Assembly (NCBI GenBank): GCA_048594485.1
Contig: JBMDXU010000015.1
Location: forward strand, 2,660-66,659
DNA length: 64,000 nt
Source of the DNA: Pseudactinotalea sp.
GTDB taxonomy: Bacteria > Actinomycetota > Actinomycetes > Actinomycetales > Beutenbergiaceae
Direction of reading: 5' to 3'
The notes below the pieces were generated by a model, which was given only the letters and a program-made list of their open reading frames with translations, searched no databases and was not told where the DNA came from. The translations under genes and the position numbers were made by a program. Of the stretch, positions 54,622 to 64,000 are shown piece after piece. Each line of letters begins with the position of its first letter. Position 1 is the first letter of the stretch.

Positions 54622-55656
54622 ATGACGCGACGGGCCACGCTCGAGGACGTCGCCGCGCGCGCCGAGGTGTCGCGGCAGACGGTCTCGAACGTCATCAACT
54701 CCCCCGGCATCGTCCGCCCGGCCACCCGTGACCGCGTGCTCGCCGCGATCGCCGCGCTCGACTACCGGCCCAACGTCGCCGCCCGCTCTCTCGTCACCAG
54801 GCGCTCGCGCGTGCTGGGGTTCGCGGTGCCGCCGTCGACACGCGGCACCCGGTACGCCGTCGGCTCCGCCTTCCTGCACGCGCTCACCGAGGCCGCCCAG
54901 GACGAGGGCTACCGCATCATGCTGTTCAGCGCCGGCACCGACGCCGACGAGATCGCCCAGTACACCGACCTCCTCGACGGTGCCGACCTCGACGGCTTCG
55001 TGCTCGCCAACACCCACCACGGCGACCCGCGGACGGCGTGGCTCACCGAGCGCGGTGTGCCGTTCGTGACGTTCGGACGGCCGTGGGGCGATCCGGACGC
55101 GCCGCATCACTGGGTCGACGTCGACGGCGCGGCGGGCACCCGAGCCGCGGTCGCGCACCTCGCGGCGGCGGGACACCGGCGCATCGGCTTCGTCGGGTGG
55201 CCCGCGGGCTCCGGGGTCGGCGACGACCGACGTGCCGGCTGGGCCGAGGCCATGACCGCCCTCGGCGCGCGAGCAGAGGATCTGAACCACTGGCAGACCG
55301 TCGCACGCGAGTCCGTCGAGGACGCCATGGCGCCGGTCACCGAGCTTCTGCTCACCGAGACGCCGACGGCGCTCGTCTGCGTGTCCGACACCGTCGCGGT
55401 GGCCGCCCTGATGGCACGCCGCGAGCTCGACCTGCCGGTCGCCGTCGTCGGCTTCGACGACGCCCCGGTCGCCGAACCGCTCGGGCTGACCTCCCTGCGA
55501 CAGCCGCTCGCGGAGGCCGCGACACGGTGCCTCGACCTCGTCCTGCGACCCGAGCGCGACGAGCCCCACGAGGTGCTGCTCGCCCCCGACCTGATCGTTC
55601 GCCCCTCCAGCACCGCCACCCCGGCGGCGCTCCGACACCCGAGGAGTAGCTCATGA
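54622..55656 (+). CDS. LacI-family transcriptional regulator
   Basis: ATG 54622 is preceded by AGGAGG. HTH segment ATLEDVAARAEVSRQTVSNVINSPGIVRPATRDRVLAAIAALDYRPNVAARSL, followed by a periplasmic-binding-fold effector domain. Confidence 0.92.
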   Translation: MTRRATLEDVAARAEVSRQTVSNVINSPGIVRPATRDRVLAAIAALDYRPNVAARSLVTRRSRVLGFAVPPSTRGTRYAVGSAFLHALTEAAQDEGYRIMLFSAGTDADEIAQYTDLLDGADLDGFVLANTHHGDPRTAWLTERGVPFVTFGRPWGDPDAPHHWVDVDGAAGTRAAVAHLAAAGHRRIGFVGWPAGSGVGDDRRAGWAEAMTALGARAEDLNHWQTVARESVEDAMAPVTELLLTETPTALVCVSDTVAVAALMARRELDLPVAVVGFDDAPVAEPLGLTSLRQPLAEAATRCLDLVLRPERDEPHEVLLAPDLIVRPSSTATPAALRHPRSSS

Positions 55657-56927
55657 GCCCCACCCGACCAGGACGCCGCGGTGCTGCGGTGCTCGCACTC
55701 GCCGCCGCCGGAGCCCTCACCCTCGCCGCCTGCGGTGGCGGCGGCGGCTTCGACGGCGAGACCACCGCGGGCGGTGACACCGACGGCGCGAACGCGGACA
55801 ACGGCGAGGCGCTCACCGTCCTCATCGGGTCCTCGGGCGACGCCGAGACCGCTGCTGTCACGGAGGCGGCGGCGGCGTGGTCGGCGGAGTCGGGCACCGA
55901 CGTCGAGGTCGTCGCCGCCACCGATCTCCCGCAGGAGCTCAGCCAGGGCTTCTCGGCGGGCGACCCGCCCGACGTGTTCTACCTGGGATCGGAGAACTTC
56001 GCGTCCTACGCCTCGAACGGATCGCTGCTCCCCTACGTGGACCAGCTCGAGAACGCCGACGACTTCTACCCCACGCTGCTGCAGTCGTTCACCTACGACG
56101 GCACGGCGTACTGCGCACCCAAGGACTTCTCCACGCTGGCGCTCGTCATCAACACCGACGCCTGGGCCGCGGCCGGGCTGACCGACGACGACCTGCCGAC
56201 GACCTGGGAGGAGCTCGCCGACGTGGCGGCGACCCTGACCACCGACGACCAGGTGGGTCTGGCGTTCGGCGCCGAGTGGCAGCGCATCGGCACCTTCATG
56301 GCGCAGGCCGGCGGCGGCCTCACCAACACCGAGGGCACCGAGGCCACGGCGAACAGCGCCGAGAACGTCGAGGCGCTGACGTTCGTCAAGCAGATGCTGA
56401 CCGACGGCACGGCCGCCTACCCCGGCGACGTCGACGCCGGATGGGGCGGTGAGGCGCTCGGGCTCGGCGCGGCGGCCATGGTGATCGAGGGCAACTGGAT
56501 CGTCGGCGCGATGACCAACAACTACCCCGACATCGCGTACCAGGTGGCCGAGCTGCCCTCGGGGCCGGGTGGGCAGGGCACGCTGCAGTTCACCAACTGC
56601 TGGGGTGTCGCCGCCGACGGTGCGAACACGGGCGGGGCGGTCGAGCTCGTGCAGTACCTCACCTCGGGCGAGCAGCAGATGACGTTCGCCAACGCGTTCG
56701 GTGTGATGCCCTCGGTGCAGTCGGTCTCCGCCGAGTGGTCGGACACCTTCCCCGAGCAGGCGGCGTTCCTCGCGGGGGCCGACTACGCGCAGGGTGCGCC
56801 GACGGCGCCCGGAGCCACCGACGTCATCTCCGACCTCAACTCCCAGCTGCAGGGGCTGAAGGACGGCGACCCGCAGACGATCCTCGACTCGGTGCAGAGC
56901 AACCTCGAGGCCGTCCTCGCAGGCTGA
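55653..56927 (+). CDS. Carbohydrate ABC transporter substrate-binding lipoprotein (CUT1)
   Basis: The ATG overlaps the lacI stop (ATGA). Signal plus lipobox AAGALTLAAC, a Gly/Asp/Thr-rich linker, then an SBP_bac_1-like body. Confidence 0.88.
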   Translation: MSPTRPGRRGAAVLALAAAGALTLAACGGGGGFDGETTAGGDTDGANADNGEALTVLIGSSGDAETAAVTEAAAAWSAESGTDVEVVAATDLPQELSQGFSAGDPPDVFYLGSENFASYASNGSLLPYVDQLENADDFYPTLLQSFTYDGTAYCAPKDFSTLALVINTDAWAAAGLTDDDLPTTWEELADVAATLTTDDQVGLAFGAEWQRIGTFMAQAGGGLTNTEGTEATANSAENVEALTFVKQMLTDGTAAYPGDVDAGWGGEALGLGAAAMVIEGNWIVGAMTNNYPDIAYQVAELPSGPGGQGTLQFTNCWGVAADGANTGGAVELVQYLTSGEQQMTFANAFGVMPSVQSVSAEWSDTFPEQAAFLAGADYAQGAPTAPGATDVISDLNSQLQGLKDGDPQTILDSVQSNLEAVLAG

Positions 56928-58069
56928 TGACGACGACCACCACTGCCGATGCGACCGGCCGGGCGTCCCGACGCCCGCGCCGGTCGCGCGGCCCGCGAGG
57001 TTCCGGTCAGGCGCTCTCCGGCTGGCTGTTCATCACCCCGGTGATCGTCATCCTCGGGGTGTTCCTGGTGATCCCGATCGTCATGGCGGTCTGGGTGAGC
57101 CTGTCCGACTGGGCAGGTCGGGGCAACCCGTTCGGCGGGTCCGCGAGCTTCGTCGGACTGGAGAACTACCGCGCGATCCTCCTCGACAGCGGGCTGCCCC
57201 GGCAGGACTTCGGCACCGCGCTCCGCAACAACTTCTACTACGTCCTGCTCGTCGTGCCGCTGCAGACCATCGTGTCGTTGGGGCTGGCGGTGCTCGTCAA
57301 CCGGCGGATGCTGGCCGCGCGCGGCTTCTTCCGCACCGCGTTCTACTTCCCGTCGGTGACCAGCACGGTCGCGATCACGTCGCTGTTCCTGTTCCTGTTC
57401 ACCGCGAGCGGGGCGGTCAACGCCGTGCTGGCGGCGGTCTCGGTGGACGGGCCCAACTGGGTCAACGACCCGCGCGGGGTGCTGCACCTGCTGCTGGGCG
57501 CGCTCGGCGTCGACAGCGCACCCGCCGGACTGCAGGCGAGCCCGCTGCTGGGGGTGTCGTGGTGGAACTGGCTGGCCGGGCCGAGCGTGGCGATGAGCGT
57601 CTTCATCATCATGGCGATCTTCACGACGTCGGGGACCTTCATGCTGCTGTTCATCGCGGCGCTGCAGAACATCGGCGGCGAGGTCGAGGAGGCCGGCCTC
57701 ATGGACGGCGCGAACGGGTGGCAGCGGTTCCGGCTCATCACGGTGCCGATGCTGCGACCAACGCTCTTCACGGTCATCACGCTGGGGCTGATCGGCACCT
57801 GGCAGGTCTTCGACCAGATCTACACGGCGGGTGAGGCCGGTGGCCCGAGCAAGACCACGCTGACGCCCGCGTTCCTGTCCTACCAGACGTCGTTCACCGG
57901 CCAGCGCTGGGGTCAGGGCGCCGCGATCGCGTTCGTGCTCTTCGCGATCATCGTCGCGATGACGGCCATCCAGCGGCTGGTGCTGCGCGAGCGCGACACC
58001 ATCCCGCGACGCAAGCGCTTCGTGCTCGCCGACGGCACCCTCGCCGCCGACGCGAAGGGAGGGCACTGA
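56927..58069 (+). CDS. Carbohydrate ABC transporter permease (MalF-type)
   Basis: ATG 56927 overlaps the SBP stop (TGATG). EAA loop EAGLMDGANGWQRFRLITVPMLRP. It has a basic cytoplasmic N-terminal tail. Confidence 0.88.
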   Translation: MTTTTTADATGRASRRPRRSRGPRGSGQALSGWLFITPVIVILGVFLVIPIVMAVWVSLSDWAGRGNPFGGSASFVGLENYRAILLDSGLPRQDFGTALRNNFYYVLLVVPLQTIVSLGLAVLVNRRMLAARGFFRTAFYFPSVTSTVAITSLFLFLFTASGAVNAVLAAVSVDGPNWVNDPRGVLHLLLGALGVDSAPAGLQASPLLGVSWWNWLAGPSVAMSVFIIMAIFTTSGTFMLLFIAALQNIGGEVEEAGLMDGANGWQRFRLITVPMLRPTLFTVITLGLIGTWQVFDQIYTAGEAGGPSKTTLTPAFLSYQTSFTGQRWGQGAAIAFVLFAIIVAMTAIQRLVLRERDTIPRRKRFVLADGTLAADAKGGH

Positions 58070-58070
58070 C

Positions 58071-58979
58071 GTGACCGACGCCCAGATCACGACCACGGCG
58101 AACGCCGTGGCTGCGACGACGGCGGTGACCACCCGTCAGGGCCGCGGGTCGCGCCGCGACTCGCGCGTCGTCACGGCGAGCACGCTGACGGTGCTGGTGG
58201 TGCTGGCGCTGATCTACATCTACCCCTTCGTCGTCCAGGTGCTGACGTCGTTCAAGACGAACGCGGATGCCGTCGCCAACCCGCTGGGACTTCCGCAGAC
58301 GTGGACCCTGGAGGCGTACCAGCGGCTGTTCACCGCGTCGGACTACCCGCGGTGGTTCCAGAACTCCGTCGTGGTCACGGTGTTCGTGACGGCGGGGCGC
58401 GTGTTCTTCAACTCGCTCGCCGGCTACGCGCTCGCGCGGCTGCGGTTCCGGGGCCGCGGACTCGTGTTCAGCTTCCTCATCGCCGTGATGGCGGTCCCCG
58501 GCGTCGTGCTGCTGATCCCCAAGTTCCTCGTGATCAACAGCCTCGGCATCTACAACACCTATGCCGCGATGATCCTCCCGCTGCTGGTGGACGCCGCCGG
58601 CGTCTTCATCATGAAGAACTACTTCGAGTCCATCCCCGCCAGCGTCGAGGAGGCGGCCCGGATCGACGGCGCCGGCACGTTCCGTGTGTTCTGGTCGGTC
58701 GTGCTGCCGATGGCGCGCCCGGCGCTCATCACCATCACCATCCTGTCCGTCCAGGGGTCGTGGACCGAGTTGTCGCACTTCATCGTCTCGGTCAGCGACC
58801 GCGGGCTGTTCCCGCTCACCCGCGGCGTCGCCTCGCTCACGTCGGGGGCGCTGGGGTCGGCCGCCGACTACCCGCTCAAGATGGGTGCCGCCGCGTTGAT
58901 GACGATCCCCGTCGCGATCCTGTTCTTCGTGTTCCAGAAGCGGATCATGGGGACGGCGGACGGTGCGGTCAAGGGCTGA
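58071..58979 (+). CDS. Carbohydrate ABC transporter permease (MalG-type)
   Basis: The GTG start lies 1 nt after the upstream stop. EAA loop EAARIDGAGTFRVFWSVVLPMARP. Confidence 0.9.
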   Translation: MTDAQITTTANAVAATTAVTTRQGRGSRRDSRVVTASTLTVLVVLALIYIYPFVVQVLTSFKTNADAVANPLGLPQTWTLEAYQRLFTASDYPRWFQNSVVVTVFVTAGRVFFNSLAGYALARLRFRGRGLVFSFLIAVMAVPGVVLLIPKFLVINSLGIYNTYAAMILPLLVDAAGVFIMKNYFESIPASVEEAARIDGAGTFRVFWSVVLPMARPALITITILSVQGSWTELSHFIVSVSDRGLFPLTRGVASLTSGALGSAADYPLKMGAAALMTIPVAILFFVFQKRIMGTADGAVKG

Positions 58980-59004
58980 CGCGAGCCCGGCCCGCGGGAC
59001 ATAG

Positions 59005-62452
<3,448 letters not shown>

Positions 62453-62456
<4 letters not shown>

Positions 62457-63391
62457 GCGGGCCGGATGCCGGTCGGACGGTCTTCGTCGCCGGCGCGTCG
62501 GGGTACATCGGGCGGTACCTAACGGCTCGGCTGCGTCACCGCGGGGCCGTCGTGCGCACGATCGGACGCGGGTCGGAGAACGACGCGACATGGTCGAGCG
62601 CCGATGCGCTCGCGCGCACCCTCGACGGCGCTGATGTGCTCGTCAACCTCGCGGGGCGTTCGGTCAGCTGCCGCTACAACAAGCGCAACGCCGACCTGAT
62701 CTTCCGCTCGCGGGTGGAGACGACGGCGGCGTTGGCGCAGGCGTTGGCGACCGCCGGTGATCCACCCGCGGTGTGGCTGAACGCGAGCACGGGGACGATC
62801 TACCGCGACGCCCGGGATCGTCCGCAGGACGAGGGCACCGGTGAGCTCGGCAGCGGCTTCTCGGTCGAGGTCGCGCGGGCGTGGGAACGGGAGCTGGAGG
62901 CCGCTCCGTCGTCGGTCCGGACGGTCGCGCTGCGGATGTCGATCGTGCTGGGCGCCGGTGGCGGCGCGATCAACCCGCTGATCAACCTCACGAGGATGGG
63001 GTTCGGCGGCGCGATGGGTGATGGCGGCCAGATGTTCAGCTGGGTGCACGTCGAGGACGTCGCGCGGGCGATCGATCATCTCGTCGACCACGCCGAGATC
63101 CGTGGACCGGTGAACATCGCGACACCGAACCCCGTGACCAACGCGCAGATGATGGCGGCGATGCGCAAGGCGTTCGGTGCGCCGTTCGGGCTGCCCGAGC
63201 CGGCCTGGCTGCTGGAGATCGGCAGCAGGATCATCGGGACCGAGGCGGAGCTGGTGCTCAAGAGCCGGTGGGTGTGGCCGCGAGTCCTGCTGGACTCGGG
63301 GTTCGAGTTCCGGTTCCCCGACCTGCCAGCCGCGCTCGCCCAGATCTCCTCACGCACCCGCCCCGGGCTCCTGCCCGTCCAGCTGGGCTGA
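62453..63391 (+). CDS. NAD-dependent epimerase/dehydratase-fold protein with C-terminal DUF1731 (TIGR01777/SDR39U1-like)
   Basis: ATG 62453 overlaps the peptidase stop (ATGA). Rossmann motif VAGASGYIGRYL. The C-terminal KSRWVWPRVLLDSGFEFRFPDLPAAL is typical of DUF1731. Confidence 0.85.
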
Positions 63392-63395
63392 GTCG

Positions 63396-63950
63396 ATGGC
63401 GGGCGACACGCAGACTCCAGGGGTCGATGACGTCCTCACGCTGTCGGTGGGAGGCAGCTCCCGAGCGGAGTGGGAGCCGGCGCTGGACCGTGCCGGTGTT
63501 CGCGTCAACGCGAGCGCGGAGCGGCTGTTCGACCATCCCCGGTTCGACGCCGCCCCTGCGCGCGCCGTCGGCATCGTCGTCCGCTCCGTCGCCGAGCTGG
63601 GCATGGCCGACGGAGCGACGCTCGTGGAGATCCTCGAGAGAGCGCGTCAGGGCGGGCTGGACGCGTGCGCGCCCGTGACCGGTGTGTATCTGCGTCTCGC
63701 GATGCTGGACCAGGTGGCGTCTGCCGACTCCGTGATGTCGAACGGCCGCGCACCGGACGGATCGATCACGGTCGCGTCCTGGCCGCTCGAGGACGACAGC
63801 GACTTCCCGAAGGGTCTCTACCTCCGCGTCGTCGACGGCGTGCCGTGGTTGCGCGGCTATCGGTGCGACGACGACCACGTGTGGTCGCCGGACGACCGCT
63901 TCGCGTTCGCAGTTGCTGCGTGCGTCGACGGGTCGTCCACGGGTCGCTGA
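63396..63950 (+). CDS. Hypothetical protein
   Basis: ATG 63396 lies 4 nt after the epimerase stop. 184 aa, good GC3 bias, no motif I recognise. Confidence 0.55.
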   Translation: MAGDTQTPGVDDVLTLSVGGSSRAEWEPALDRAGVRVNASAERLFDHPRFDAAPARAVGIVVRSVAELGMADGATLVEILERARQGGLDACAPVTGVYLRLAMLDQVASADSVMSNGRAPDGSITVASWPLEDDSDFPKGLYLRVVDGVPWLRGYRCDDDHVWSPDDRFAFAVAACVDGSSTGR

Positions 63951-64000
63951 TGTTGTGATCTCGGAGACGCCCAGAGCCGTTCGCCTCCGTCGTCACGCTG

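Overview
This is a very GC-rich, GC3-biased, densely coding chromosomal segment of an actinobacterium. The assignment rests on gene content and synteny: thrS-HIT-pgsA1, a Gly-Cys-Val tRNA cluster, DUF3000-rnd, dxs, glgX-treY-treZ, GuaB1 and HelD. These look Micrococcales-like, but the taxon cannot be verified without a database search. I call 52 CDS (one truncated at the left edge), 4 tRNAs and 2 frameshifted pseudogenes. Most other long ORFs in the track are antisense or off-frame shadow ORFs produced by the GC content, and several true genes are over-extended at the 5' end in the track (thrS, ADH, DUF418, Dxs, GlgX, TreY and others). I found no rRNA, CRISPR array, integrase, transposase, prophage or canonical defence island, so this reads as core chromosome rather than an accessory island. 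Four themes stand out. (1) Three separate alpha-glucan/sugar modules: glgX-treY-treZ next to a CUT1 ABC importer; an ATP-grasp-amylosucrase pair; and a GDE-type glucosidase divergent from a lacI-ABC operon. (2) Small-molecule modification genes: GNATs, APH-fold kinases, two HIT proteins, Nudix and RidA. (3) Nucleotide salvage: FCY1-type cytosine deaminase with CodB, and GuaB1. (4) RNA polymerase and nucleic-acid remodelling ATPases: SNF2 and HelD. The only broken genes are two selfish or defence-flavoured ones. One is a DUF222/HNH gene with two compensating frameshifts. The other is an AbiEi-N/DUF559 gene split by a perfect 8-bp tandem duplication. I did not find a clear-cut undescribed system. 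The best candidates for uncharacterised biology are the GDE-like/LacI/ABC locus, the ATP-grasp-amylosucrase operon, the GNAT followed by a P-loop-kinase::APH fusion, and the translationally coupled GuaB1-peptidase-epimerase-hypothetical chain. All function calls come from motif recognition by eye, not from searches.
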